Origin: Eledone cirrhosa
Lineage: Eukaryota
Reading direction: 5' to 3'
Length of the DNA: 64,000 nt
NCBI GenBank assembly: GCA_964016885.1
Contig: OZ024743.1
Coordinates: forward strand, 201,066,001 to 201,130,000
Part shown: in pieces, positions 16,718-30,477 of the stretch
Layout: every line of letters begins with the position of its first letter
How positions within the stretch are numbered: the stretch's first letter is position 1
Translations under genes and position numbers: made by a program
The notes under the pieces: model-generated
What the model saw: the letters and a program-made list of their open reading frames with translations, nothing else
Database searches by the model: none
What the model was told of the DNA's origin: nothing

Positions 16718-17061
16718 TCATCATCATCATCATTTCATTTTACGTCCACTTTTTCCCTGCTTGCAAGGGTGGGACGGGAACTGATTCTGGCTTGATTTCT
16801 ACAGTTGGATGCCCTTCCTAACACCAACCTCATTTACAGTGAGTGCTGGGTGCTTTTTTGCCGTGGCACCTCCACGACCACTTTACAGTGGAATGATAGG
16901 GACCCCAGTCCCTATCATCTCATTTCTACAGCTGAGTAAACTGGAGCAATGTGAAATAAAGTGTCTTGCTCAAGGAAACAACACATCACCCGGTCTGAGA
17001 ATTGAACTCACAACCTTTCGATTGCAAGGCCAATGCTCTAACCACTAAGCCATGTGCCTCC
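16718..17061 (-). mobile_element. tRNA-derived SINE family B (tRNA head, V-domain-like segment, RTE-like 3' tail)
   Basis: head tggcttagtggttagagc...gagttcaattc; ggttggtgttaggaagggcatcc; tail cccacccttgcaagcagggaaaa shared with the LINE 3' end at 37465-37500. Confidence 0.85.
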
Positions 17062-17062
17062 A

Positions 17063-17502
<440 letters not shown>

Positions 17503-17709
17503 ATATATACACACACATATAAATATAAATACATTTGAAAACACAACACACATACCATACACACTTATAGACATAAATTTGTGTAATTTTTAATTTTGGA
17601 GACTCTCTAACCTCTTCTACATATATTCAGAAACATGGAGAGAATAATGGAGATTAATTCATGAATGACCCATTATCTAACTATGTTTGTATGCTGCGAA
17701 GGTTTCTCT

Positions 17710-18081
17710 GACTGTTGGTGTTATTGTGTGGTTTGTTGCTGTTGTGGATGTTGTTGATGAGGCTACTGTTGTTGTTGTGGTTATTGTTGCTGTTGTGGGT
17801 GTCGATGTTGTTGCTGTTGTTGTTGTGGTTATTGTTGTTGTTGTTGCTGTTGTTGATGTTGTTGCTGTTGTGGTTGTTGTTGCTGTTGTTGTTATTGTTG
17901 CTGTTGTGGATGTCATTGATGTTGCTGCTTTTGTTTTTGTTGTTGTTGTTGCTGTTGTTGCTGTTGTGAATGTTGTTGATGTTGCTGTTGCTGTTGTTGT
18001 TGTTGTTAATGTCACTGCTTTTGTTGTTGTTGTTGTTATTGTTGTTGTTGTGAATGGTGTTGATGTTGCTGCTGCTGTTGC

Positions 18082-18115
<34 letters not shown>

Positions 18116-18243
18116 AAAGTCCCTGCTTTTGTTGTTGTTGTTATTGTTGCTGTTGTGAATGTTGTCGATGTTGCTGCTGCTGTTGTTGCTGTTGCTGTTG
18201 TTGTTGTGGTTATCGTTGCAGTTGTGAATATTGTTGATGTTGT
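17710..18243. repeat. degenerate (GTT)n/(GCT)n triplet low-complexity repeat
   Basis: gttgttgctgttgtg motifs; gives poly-T/N/V/L ORFs in several frames. Confidence 0.85.
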
Positions 18244-18743
18244 AGCGAAGCAACACCTGTTGTGTGCTTGGGAACAGCTATGCAGAGTTACCTGCACATA
18301 GCTCTGATGTCACAAACTGACGTCACCAAAAACAATTCACTCTCCGGCGACGACTTGCGAAGAGACAGCACGCATCATTTTGGAGCTGACTGCTGCCTAT
18401 GAAGAGATGATTTCTGCTTTTTCTCTCTAGCGATGACTTCTGCCTTCTCTCCCTAGAGATGACTCCTGCCTATGAAGAGATGACTCCTGCCTTCTCTCTC
18501 TCTTCTTTATACGCTCCAGTCTTGGAGTCGAGACCAAGTCACCAACTACACCATCACAACACGTGGTAAAATATTTCTATTGTGTTATTATTGACTCCTG
18601 TGATATAAAACTTTGTACAAATACGCACCAGCCATTCTTATTCTTTTTAATATTTTTATAAGTAATATGTCTGGGTGTTCAATCGAGGATTGAGGTTCAA
18701 TCCTGGCCCATGAGATACACGTAAGGTGTCATATTATTCTTTA

Positions 18744-18929
18744 GGGCAGGGAATTGGCGGTATCGGTAGAGAGTCGGACTCCATGCTTTCTAGCATAGTT
18801 ACATCCCTTTACAGTTTGATTTCAAATCCCGCCGAGGTTAACTTTACCTTTCATCCTTACGGGGTCGATAAAATAAAGTACCAGTAATGTACTGGGTAAT
18901 TGATGGCCTTGTGCCTAAAGTAGAAACAA
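18744..18929 (+). mobile_element. tRNA-derived SINE family A
   Basis: tggcggtatcggtagag...ttcaaatcccgccgaggttaac...agtagaaaca. Confidence 0.85.
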
Positions 18930-19114
18930 ATATATATATACACCAATACCAGTCATCTAAAGTGGTTGACCCCAATTATGGATTACAAAGCATTCTAAAA
19001 ACTTCTAAAAACTTCTAGAGACTTCTGCTATATGGGTAACCCCATTTAATTATTTAACATTCTTGAGCACCATTTCCTTGCCCTTTAGAACACTCCAACA
19101 TTATTTTTTTTTTG

Positions 19115-19247
19115 TTACGGCCCTTGCCATTCTGAGTTCAAATCCCGCTGAGGTTAACTTTGCCTTTCATCCTTACGGGGTCGATAAAATAAAGTACCAG
19201 TAATGCACTGGGTAATTGTGGCCTTGTGCCAAAAAGTAGAAACAATT
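19115..19247 (+). mobile_element. tRNA-derived SINE family A (5' truncated)
   Basis: gagttcaaatcccgctgaggttaactttgcc...agtagaaacaattat. Confidence 0.85.
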
Positions 19248-19690
19248 ATTTTTTTAAACGCAACCTTCGAACATTATACATTGCTGTTGTGGTTGTTGTT
19301 GTAGCAGATATGGTTTTTGATGTTATGAATGTTGTCATTACTGTTGTTATTGTTGCTATTGTAGATGTTGTTTCTGTTGTTGTTCTGTTGCTATCAGCTC
19401 TGTGTGATACCATATTGTCCAGTACAGAACAGTAATTCTTATGTATTGTTTCCATATATAATTGTTTCCCTACATGTGGCCTTCAACCCTCATTGTTTCT
19501 AAATCATTGTTAGTGTAATAGAACTTGTCATATCACTGGTAATTGCTTATGCATGTATGATATGTGTGCATGTGTATATGCATTGTATGTTTGTATATAT
19601 ATATATATATATATATACATACATACATACATTGCATATACACATGCACACATATCATACATACATAAGCAATTACCAGTGATATATATA

Positions 19691-19771
<81 letters not shown>

Positions 19772-19903
19772 GAATGTATATGTATGTTGTGTATATATAT
19801 ATATGTATAAGTCTAATATGTATGCATATGTGTGTAAGTGAATACGTATGAATTTATTTTTCTCTCTCTTTGTCCTACTTTTTCCCTTCCATATATAACA
19901 TAT

Positions 19904-19937
<34 letters not shown>

Positions 19938-19939
<2 letters not shown>

Positions 19940-20269
19940 ATCATTTCATCATTCATTTCATTTTATGTCCACTTTTTCCCTGCTTGCAAGGGTGGGACGG
20001 GAACTGATTCTGGCTTGATTTCTACAGCTGGATGCCCTTCCTAACACCAACCTCATTTACAGTGAGTGGTGGGTGCTTTTTTGTCGTGGCACCTACACGA
20101 CCACTTTGCAGTGGAATGGAAGGGACCCCAGTCCCTATCATCTCATTTCTACAGCTGAGTAAACTGGAGCAATGTGAAATAAAGTCTCTTGCTCAAGGAA
20201 ACAACACATCACCCGGTCTGAGAATTGAACTCACAACCTTTCGATTGCAAGGCTAATGCTCTAACCACT
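19938..20269 (-). mobile_element. tRNA-derived SINE family B
   Basis: near-identical to 16718-17061. Confidence 0.85.
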
Positions 20270-20326
20270 ATTTATGTATATATATATATATATACATAAA
20301 TATGAATATAATTATATGTATATATA

Positions 20327-20359
<33 letters not shown>

Positions 20360-20576
20360 TTAAAAGAATAGAGGTGTAACACACAAGTTATTATATATTG
20401 GTAAACGGAATAGAAAATGCTGACAAATTGTTCACAGTGAAAAATAGTTTAATTAGGAATAAGTGAGAATTAGTAATAGTATTGGTTAGTATTCAGTTTT
20501 GGTTTTAAGTTTTACCGGTTGCGCATTTCTAATGCTTTTCAAAAGTAATTTTGAGATAGAGCGTCCGTGATGTTTG

Positions 20577-20626
<50 letters not shown>

Positions 20627-20636
20627 TATATATAAT

Positions 20637-20830
20637 TTAATTTAGAAATGGTTTCTACAAGACTAGAACTGCTTCATTCGAAGGAAATCATCAACCTGAT
20701 GATTTCCTTCGAATGAAAGAGTGTCTAGTCCTGTGGATGTCATTTCTATATTATATTTTGCATATACTCTACTAATGTATTGAGTACCTTTTTACTGTCA
20801 TTCCCTTTGATTGAACCCGGGACTCACACA
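20637..20830. mobile_element. fold-back element with hammerhead-like core (family C; other copies 27329-27460, 27674-27787, 50221-50420)
   Basis: palindrome 20643-20748 centred on catca-acc-tgatg; CTGATGA-tttccttcgaat-GAAA; shared tail actctactaatgtattgagtacc. Confidence 0.65.
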
Positions 20831-20865
20831 CTATCACACACATATTCTCAGACCAGATGATGTGT

Positions 20866-21160
20866 GTTCAATTCTCAGACCGGGTGATGTGGTGTTTCCT
20901 TGAGCAAGACATTTTATTTCACATTGCTCCAGTTTACTCAGCTGTAGAAATGAGATGATAGGGACTGAGGTCCCTATCATTCCACTGTAAAGTGGTCGTG
21001 GAGGTGCCACAGCAAAAAAGCACCCAGCACTCACTGTAAATGAGGTTGGTGTTAGGAAGGGCATCCAGCTGTAGAAATCAAGCCAGACTCAGTTCCCATC
21101 CCACCCTTGCTAAGCAGGGAAAAGTGGACGTAAAATGAAATGATGAAATGAAATGATGAT
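20866..21160 (+). mobile_element. tRNA-derived SINE family B (5' truncated)
   Basis: reverse complement of the 16718 copy. Confidence 0.85.
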
Positions 21161-21162
21161 AT

Positions 21163-21369
21163 AATAGAAATAGAAGCTTTTGTTGTATTTTTTACCAAAG
21201 AAATTTTAGCCTGATAGTGGGATTTAGAATCCTCTAAGAGATAGAAAAAGATGTGTATTGACATACAACATCAATACTCATCTTTTTCCAATTCTTAGAG
21301 GGTTCTATACTCCACTATCAGGCTAAAATTTCTTTGGTCAAAAATACAGCAAAAGCTTCTATTTCTATT
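21163..21369. repeat. ~205-bp imperfect hairpin (fold-back or MITE-like)
   Basis: aatagaaatagaagctttt...aaaagcttctatttctatt; inner arms aaattttagcctgatagtgg / ccactatcaggctaaaattt. Confidence 0.8.
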
Positions 21370-21405
21370 TTCAAACTCGCTCGCTGTTTCAAAACACACT
21401 TACTT

Positions 21406-21555
<150 letters not shown>

Positions 21556-22054
21556 TATATATATACACACACACATAGATTTTTCAACAAAATCTTTGGC
21601 CCACAAGAATGAATGAAGATGCTAATTAGCAGGTATGCAAAAAATCTTCACACTTTGTCACACTCATATTAGGATACTACACTGTTTACCATTTAACTAC
21701 CCATAACTCTTTAACTATCTTTTTAAACTCTTATCGTCCTGTACCATATCAAATCACATTAGTAAGACATTCTTAAAATGTACTATGACTGATTCACATT
21801 GAAATATTTGAATTAACAAATCTGTTTTTAGATATTCATTGATAAATCATTTCATGATGTTAAGACTTAATAAAATACAGAATATAAAATCTTAATTCTC
21901 TCTGAAATATTTATAAGATATTAACTGTTTTAAATGTGCTTTTTTACAAAAGATGTAAATTAGACTAGATCTAATGTAGTTGCCGGGATCTGCTATAATT
22001 TCAAAATAATCCAGAATTTAGAAGGATTTATTTATATTATTAATTTCTCATCAT

Positions 22055-22187
22055 TACGTCCCTTTACGATCTGAGTTCAAATCCCGCCGAGGTTGACTTA
22101 GCCTTTCATCCTTACGAGGTCGATAAAATAAAGTACCAGTAATGCACTGGGTAATTGCTGGCCTTGTGCCTAAAGTAGAAACAATTA
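22055..22187 (+). mobile_element. tRNA-derived SINE family A (5' truncated)
   Basis: gagttcaaatcccgccgaggttgac...agtagaaacaatt. Confidence 0.85.
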
Positions 22188-22655
22188 ATTTCTCCTCATT
22201 ACATTTGTGTTTGGAGGTTAATTTAACAAAGGATCTTACATAAAACAGATTATAAACATTTTAAAATGAATGTTTCCCATCATATAACCAGGGTCAGTGT
22301 CAGGCGTTTTTTGTATCAAAATGGTTAAATTACATCATGAAAATGTAAAGGCACATTGAAAAATGTAGGCAATAATATATTAAAACACAGGATAGTGTCT
22401 CACTTATACGTTCTATATTAGGCATGGTTTCTATACTTTACACAATGTACTGGGTGCAATTCATTTTAGCAGTAGCAGTAATGGTTTACAGAGTGTAATG
22501 GGGTGCAATCTATTGTGGTATCACTACCAGAGAGGGTGTCATTTACACAGCAAGATGTTGTTTTATTTTAAGGTTTTAATCACTAAATCCTTAATAAAAT
22601 ATATATATATATATACACACACATTTATACATACATACACATATATATATATATG

Positions 22656-22694
<39 letters not shown>

Positions 22695-22711
22695 ATATAT
22701 ATATATATATG

Positions 22712-22750
<39 letters not shown>

Positions 22751-22759
22751 ATATATATA

Positions 22760-24967
22760 GGTAGGAGGAGAGTAACATGGTGGTGGTGGAACAGTAAGGT
22801 GGAGGGGTCAATTAAGGCCAAAAAGCAGGCTTGGAAAGTATGGCGGGATGGGGGAAGCAGAGAAGACTATCAAGTGGCCAGGAGGGAAGCTAGGAGACAA
22901 GTGTACTTCGCAAGAAGGGAAGCAGAGGAAAGAAAGTTCTACAACGCGAGGACCAAAAACGTGAGGTGTTCAGGATTGCTAGGCAATGTGTCAAGGAATA
23001 CCGTGATATTGTCGGGGAGAAGTGTGTACTTAATGATGACGGCATACTTGCCATCAACGATGCTGATAAGAAGGTAGCTTGGAAGTGTCACTATGAAAGG
23101 CTACTAAATGACGAGAATAAATGGGAGAAAGACAGTCTCCCCCCACATCGACCCAATAGAGGGACCAGCAGTGTTAGTCGAGGGTAGTACAATAAGTAAG
23201 GCAATCAAAGATATGAAGACGGGTAAGGCGGCTGGGCCTTCGGAAATAGTTGCCGAGATGCTGAAAGCATCTGGTACGGTGGGACACACCATGGTCACCT
23301 GGATAGTTAACCAAGTCGTACAGAATGGGGTTGTTCCGAAGGACTGGCGTAGCAGCATCATCGTTAACTGTTATAAGGGTAAAGGAGATGCCCTAGATAG
23401 GAGTAACTATAGAGGCATTAAATTAATCGACCAGGTCATGAAGGTCACGGAAAAAGTAATAGCGCATCTAATCAGAGAGAGAATTGATCTAGATGAAATG
23501 CAGTTCGGGTTTGTGTCAGGCAAAAGTACCACAGACGCTCTTTTCATTGTACAACAACTACAGGAGAAGTACCTAGCTAAAAGTAAACCCCTATACTTAG
23601 CTTTTGTCGACTTGGAGAAAGCCTTCGACAGAGTCCCCCGTTCCATTATCTGGTGGGCTCTTAGAAAACTAGGTGTTGAAGAATGGCTTGTTAGAGCTAT
23701 ACAAGCCATGTATAAAGAAACAGTCAGCAAGGTTAGAATTAACAACGAATATAGTGAAGAGTTTAGCGTAAAAGTTGGTGTCCATCAGGGCTCTGTACTC
23801 AGCCCCCTACTATTTATTATTGCCCTTCAGGCTATAACAGAGGAGTTCAAGACTGGTTGCCCATGGGAACTCCTATACGCAGATGACCTAACACTCATAG
23901 CTAAATCAATGGCCGAGCTAGAGAAGAAATTCCAAACATGGAAGCACGGCCTAGAATCAAAAGGCCTTAAAATTAACCTGGCTAAGACTAAAGTTCTAGT
24001 TTGTAAGAAAGAAAATAAGGCGGTGGTCCCTTCCGGGAAGTGGCCATGCTCAGTGTGTAGGAAAGGCGTAGGTAGAAACTCCATTTTGTGTCCCAAATGC
24101 AAAGTATGGGTGCATAAAAGTTGTAGTGGGATCACAGGTAAGCTAACTAAGAACATAGATTTTACATGTGGCCGGTGCTCTGGTGCAATAAGTAGCAGCA
24201 AGTGCCCACAAAATACTAGCTCTTTCAACTGCGCAGAGGGTTCTATAGAAATAGTGGACAGCTTCCGTTACCTGGGTGACAAAATCAGCAGTGGGGGAGG
24301 GTGCTCTGAAAGTACAGTAGCTAGAGTCAGAACTGGATGGAAAAAGTTCAGAGAGCTTATACCACTATTAGCCGCTAGAGGGTTCTCCCTAAAAATGAAA
24401 GGCAGGTTATACGATGCCTGCATACGAACAGCAATGCTGCATGGCAGTGAGACCTGGGCATTGTGTGCAGAGGATATATGCAGACTAGAGAGGAACGAAG
24501 CTTGCATGCTCCGCTGGATGTGCAATAGTAATATACGTGAACGGCAAAGCATAAACGAACTAAGGAAAAAATTAGAAATAAGAGGGATCAGATGTTGTTT
24601 ACTCGAGAGAAGGCTACGTTGGTATGGTCACGTGATGCGCATGAAAGACGAGAGCTGTATAACAAAGTGCAGGGCAATAAAGATAGACGGTAGCCACATC
24701 CAGGCCGAAACAAATGAGATCGTGTAGGTGTCACGACAAAAAAAACACAGTCCACGCTGTAATGTGGCCGTGTAGGCAACACGGTAAAAACCTCCCAGCC
24801 CACACTGTAAATGTGGTTGGTGTTAGGAAGGGCATCCAGCTGTAGAAAACCCGCCAGATATTCCTATGCAAGCAAGATAATCACTCTTGCCTCAAGTGGG
24901 AAAACCCCCGTCCAAACCCATGCAAGTGTGGAACACGGACGTTAAATGTTGATGATGATGATGATGA
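22760..24967 (+). mobile_element. 5'-truncated RTE LINE (main family), RT ORF 23108-24727, deletion of C-terminus and start of 3'UTR at ~24697
   Basis: 539-aa ORF with full RT motifs and PHD-like finger; (GAT)n tail; starts right after (TA)n. Confidence 0.96.
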
Positions 24968-24985
24968 TATATATATATATATATA

Positions 24986-26135
24986 AGGTTCTTCTAAGCA
25001 GACGAGAAAACAGAACCCAGATTCCCTCAGGGAAATGGCCTTGCTAAGTATGTAGGAAAGGTGTAGGTTAGAACTCCATTCTCTGCCCCAAATGCAAACA
25101 ATGGGTACACAAGAGATGTAGTGGGATCTCAGGAAGCTTAACTAAGAATGTAGGCCTCATGTAGCAGCTGTGCTGAGACAGCAAGCAGCAAACGGTCACA
25201 GGAAACAAGCACCACCAAACTCTGAGAGGGCTCTGTAGAAACAGTAGACAGCTTCTGCTACCTAGATGACCAAATTAGCAGCGGAGGTGGGTGTTCAGAA
25301 AGTACAATAACTAGGGTAAGAATGGGATGGAAGAAGTTCAGGGAGCTAGTGCCACTGCTAGCTGCAAATGGCTTTCCCCTCAAAATGAAAGGCAGACTGT
25401 ATGATGTGTGTATACGAACAGCAATGTTACATGGTAGTGAAACCTGGACGCTGTCTGTAGAAGACTTGCGTAGATTAGAAAGAAACGAAGCCTGCATGCT
25501 CTGATGGATGGGTAATAGTAATATACGCAAACGGCAAAGCATAAACGAGTTGAAAGAGAGACTGAGCATAAGAGGAATCAACTGCTGTGTGCAGGAGAGG
25601 AGGTTGCATTGGTATGGATATGTGATGTGTATGAAGGATGACAGCTGCGTAAAGAGGTGCAGAACACCAGAAGTCAATGGAAGCTGTGGAGTGGGGAGAC
25701 CCAAGAAGACCTGGAATGAGGTGATAACAGCCGACCTTACCCAATTGCACCTTTCAAGTGATGACACACGACCGTGACCTCTGGCGTCTCGCAGTAATAC
25801 AGAAGACCCGACTTCCCACAGGTACAAGCTGAAGCTGAAGCATATAAACAATATGCCCCCACCCCCGCCCACTGCGAAGTGGTTGTGTAGGTGCCATGGC
25901 AAAAAAGCACCCAGCTAACACTGTAAAGTGGACGTGTAGGCACCATGGAAAAAAAGCACCCAGCACTCACTGTAAATGAGGTTGGTGTTAGGAAGGGCAT
26001 CCAGCTGTAGAAATCAAGCCAGAATCAGTTCCCGTGTGAGCAAGACATGGTCAGCCGACCGGACACTGCCCACAACAGGACAACCCATCTAACCCATGCT
26101 AGAGTGGAAGAATGGACGTAAAACGTCATGGTGAT
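24986..26135 (+). mobile_element. diverged second RTE LINE subfamily, 5' truncated
   Basis: GWKKFRELVPLL...GSETWTL...GRPKKTWNEVI; 3'UTR shared with 13878-14350. Confidence 0.9.
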
Positions 26136-27258
26136 ATGTACATATAGACATATACACTTATATGCACACATACGAGCACATACACATGTATATAAATAGA
26201 TATATATATATATATATATATATAGACATATATACTCACACACACGCACCCGTATATATATATAAGGAGAATATATATTTATAATGTCTTCTCCAGACGT
26301 ATCACACATTTTAATTAGTACAAATTACAGATTTGCTTAATGAAGAAGTTATTTCCTTGTAAGATTGATATAAAAATGCCTCAAAATTAAAAGGAAAAAA
26401 ACTAAATATATAGAATAAAAATATAAAGAGACTGAAAAAGTAAATACATTAAGATTTTTAAAAAAATGATGTATTATTTATATTAGAATAAGATGGGTAG
26501 ACAGTAAATTATGTCATCATCAAAGATTTTGTATTTATGTTAAGATTTAGTCATTCACTATCACCAAGAACCAAACCTTGAAATGAGATTTTAAAAATAT
26601 ATTTATATATTGCTCCACCCTATCTAAAGATAATACCATGAAACCATAACAAAATCCTCTCCTCTGTCATCTTGTACGTATGTGTGGGTGTTTGTTGATG
26701 AGTATATGTGTGAGTGTGTGGGGGTGTGAGGGAAGAGGATGGAAGGGTAGGTGTAATGGTTCTTGTTAAATCAATAGGAAAATTTGCTTCTTGTCAAAGA
26801 TTGGTTTCTTTGGTATCAATCCTTTCCTTATAGTACTTTCAATGAAAAATCCTAACTATGATTTTGAAAATATTCAAAGATTGGGAAGGATTGAGTAACA
26901 TAACTAACTTCCTCAGTGTTAGGTTGGTGTTTTGAACATAGGATAACAAAGTTACTTACATTAAACCACGAAAGAAGCTTTCCAAATAAATATAATCACA
27001 TTTCAAGTAAATATAAAACATTGGCGAGCTACTCTGCTAGTATATATATAAACACACATACATAAGCACACATATATATATCATTATTATCACCGTTTAA
27101 CGTCCATTTTCCCTCGCTAGTATGGGTTAGACGAGTTGTCCTGTTGTGAGAAATGCCAGGTCAGCTGACCATGTCATGCTCATACAGAACTGCTTTTGGC
27201 TTGGTTTCTACAGCTGGATGCCTTTCCCAATGCCAATCACATTTACACACACTCACAT

Positions 27259-27320
<62 letters not shown>

Positions 27321-27457
27321 TATATCATGTTTATTATAGGAATAGCTTCTACAGCACTAGGTAGTCCTGCAGAAGCCATTTCTATATTAAACATAGTGTC
27401 TACTCTCTACTAATGTATTGAATGCTTTACTGTGGTTACCTCTGATTGAACCCAGAC

Positions 27458-27508
<51 letters not shown>

Positions 27509-27798
27509 TCATCATCATCATCATCGTTTAACGTCTATCTTCCAAGCTAGCAGGGGTTTAGACGGGAATTGTCCCACTTGAGGCAAGATTGGTTGTCTTG
27601 CTCGTGTAGGACTGTCTGGCAGGTTTTCTATGGCTGGATGCCCTTCCTAACACCAAATATATATATATATATATTTAATATAGAAATGGCTTCTACAGGA
27701 CTAGAACTGTATCATTAGGGTGAAATCATATATGTATTGAGTACCTTACTTACTGTGGTTACCCCTGATTGAACTCGGTATAAACATATATATATATA

Positions 27799-28098
27799 TA
27801 TTATTCTGAATATTAATAAATGAAGACATTCACATAATTCAACAAATCTCAACATCTTCATTAAATTTAAGTTTATCATGTTATTATTTGTGGTATATAA
27901 ATGTTGAGATTTGTTGTAATAAATCACTGCCAATACTGGAATTGAACCATCAACACTGTTGAGGTATGTCATACATCAATTCATGTATTTTATCTGACGA
28001 GGACGTACTAAAAAAACAACACAGTACCTTCGAAATATATATAGTAAAACATATTTTGATTATGTGAATGTCTTCATTTATTAATATTCTGAATAATA
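27799..28098 (+). mobile_element. fold-back element carrying a hammerhead ribozyme (family B1)
   Basis: 38-bp terminal inverted repeat with one mismatch; follows (TA)n; hammerhead at 27983-28052. Confidence 0.7.
27983..28052 (+). ncRNA. type I hammerhead ribozyme (family B1)
   Basis: ttttat-CTGACGA-ggac-gtact...agtac-cttc-GAAA-tatata-TA|gtaaaa. Confidence 0.7.
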
Positions 28099-28190
28099 TT
28101 AATAACTCTAGAAAACTTCAATGTAGAGTGTTTTTAATCTATTGTAAAACTATATTCATTTAGTAATCAATGAACCATATTAATTTTTGG

Positions 28191-28243
<53 letters not shown>

Positions 28244-28950
28244 CAGTTCCCAGCTACCAAATTCCACTCATCTGTGATTGGTCAACCTGAAGCTATGGAA
28301 GAAAACGCTAGATCAATGTTTTGTTCATACAGCTGGACTGAACCTATGAACATGTGGTTACAAAGCAAACTTTTTAACCACACATACTATACAATATGAA
28401 AACAAATAGAAAAATAAATAATATAAACCCATTTATTGTAAGGAAATGGTTATATAAATGGTTAAATAGTTGAATGGTTTCTAATTATTATAATTTATAT
28501 CTCCTTCTCCTTTGTTGCAATGTAGGTATCTCTCTCTAAGAGAGAAAAATTAATTTTCACAAGGAATCTTGTGTAATCAAGTAAAAATGCCTGGCTCTTC
28601 ATCCAACATCCATTTGTCATCATATGTGAGTTCATTGGTTGACCTTTTCTACAGAAGCATTTTATTACATAGAATAAAGACATATATAAGAAATAGAAAA
28701 GACACGGTTATCATTTGTGTAAATGTCAAAAGTGAAGATGTTGCTGCTGTTGTTGCTGTTGGTGCTGCTCTATGAAGAAGGCAACATTATTAAATTCTTC
28801 ATAAAGCTAAGAAGAGACTAAAGACAAACTGTCATTCATTAACTCTGACATAAAATTGTGAGATATGTAATGTGATCCAATCTTTTCATTGTATGTGTGT
28901 GTGAGTGGTGTAGTGTACTATACTTGCATGTACATATATATATGTATATA

Positions 28951-28995
<45 letters not shown>

Positions 28996-28997
28996 CT

Positions 28998-29141
<144 letters not shown>

Positions 29142-29352
29142 AGTAATAATAATAAATGTGAAGACTAAAATCCAAAGAGGGCTCGATAAGGATAAATATA
29201 TATCAAATATATAAGAACCGTAGAGCAAATATTTATTAAAATAACAGATTAAAGTTTAAGCAAAGAATCGCTGCTTTCACCCTTATATATATATATATAT
29301 AGAATAAGAAAAAGCGAAGTAGTTTCAGATGTTAAAGTCGTTTAATGATAAT

Positions 29353-29426
29353 GCTGTGATACATATTTCAATGATGACAGTGGCCACACGGTTCGGTGCG
29401 CCAGTGCCGTGACATCATCGGACAGC
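29353..29426 (-). ncRNA. hammerhead ribozyme motif with long stem II (one core change, CCGAUGA)
   Basis: minus strand gctgt-CCGATGA-(long stem II)-GAAA-tatgta-TC|acagc; perfect 5-bp stem I. Confidence 0.6.
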
Positions 29427-29614
29427 TTGTTACATAATAAGGTTATGTTTCCGAGGCAATCCAAATTGAATCTACATGAGAACGGACAAAACATGTGCTC
29501 TTGGGTTCTTCGCCTGTTCCCATATATCTCATTTTACATATGTATCATATTTTACATATGTATCTCAACTGTCTTGATGGTTCAAGACAGTTGAGGTATG
29601 TCGGGAATCAATTT

Positions 29615-29684
29615 ATGTATTTTATCTGATGAGGACGTACTGAAAAAACAGCACAGTACCTCCGAAATATATATAAAAAAACAT
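29615..29684 (+). ncRNA. type I hammerhead ribozyme (family B1, second copy)
   Basis: CTGATGA-gga-c-gtactg...cagtac-c-tcc-GAAA-tatata-TA; short fold-back upstream at 29560-29600. Confidence 0.7.
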
Positions 29685-29893
29685 ATATTTTGATTATGTG
29701 AACCTCTTCATTTATCAATATTTTGAATAATATATATATATATATATCATTTCATTCATTTCATTTTACGTCCGCTTTTTCCCTGCTTGCAAGGGTGGGA
29801 AATATATATATATATATGTAATAATATACAAATGTTTATGTATATGTATATGTGTATTTGAGTATGTGAGCAATTTATAAATACTCCCATACA

Positions 29894-30081
29894 AATAATT
29901 GTTTCTACTTTTGCCACAAGGCCAACAATTATCCAGTACGTTACTGGTACGTTTTTTTAACGACCCCGTAAGGATGAAAGGCAAAGTTGACCTCGGCGGG
30001 ATTTGAACTCAGAATGGAAAGGGCCGTAACTCTATGCGTCAAAGTATGACGTCCGACCCTCTACCGATACTGCCAATCCAC
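29894..30081 (-). mobile_element. tRNA-derived SINE family A
   Basis: full-length match to the family A copies. Confidence 0.85.
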
Positions 30082-30477
30082 CAAATAATGCATACAGAGA
30101 TTAACAAAATTAGAATAAATTTTTATAGGAATTCTATTGTAAATTTTTATCTGATTTTACTTCTACCGAATTTGCTTTCATTTTTTTTTTATTTTCTTTT
30201 ATCCTTACAGTGAAGAAAATGTTATTCTTTGATTCTTAGAAGCAGTACTATTCAATTTTAATCTTCCTTGAACAAATGAACAGTGATTTGGTTCACTCAG
30301 AAGTAAGTTCTGCAATTTAGTTCTGTGATTCTTGAAAGACTGCAAAGACTATTTTGATAAAGTTATGTTTATATTTGTGTTCATCTGTGTATGTGTGTAT
30401 ATGTGTGTGAAGTGTATTATGAAGGAAACCTATGTAGACACAGGCACATAGGCATATATGTATGTGATATTGAGAAA

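Noticed and set aside
17677-18301. Thr-rich mucin-like 206-aa ORF
   Set aside because: Triplet low-complexity repeat open in several frames on both strands; no splice or domain evidence
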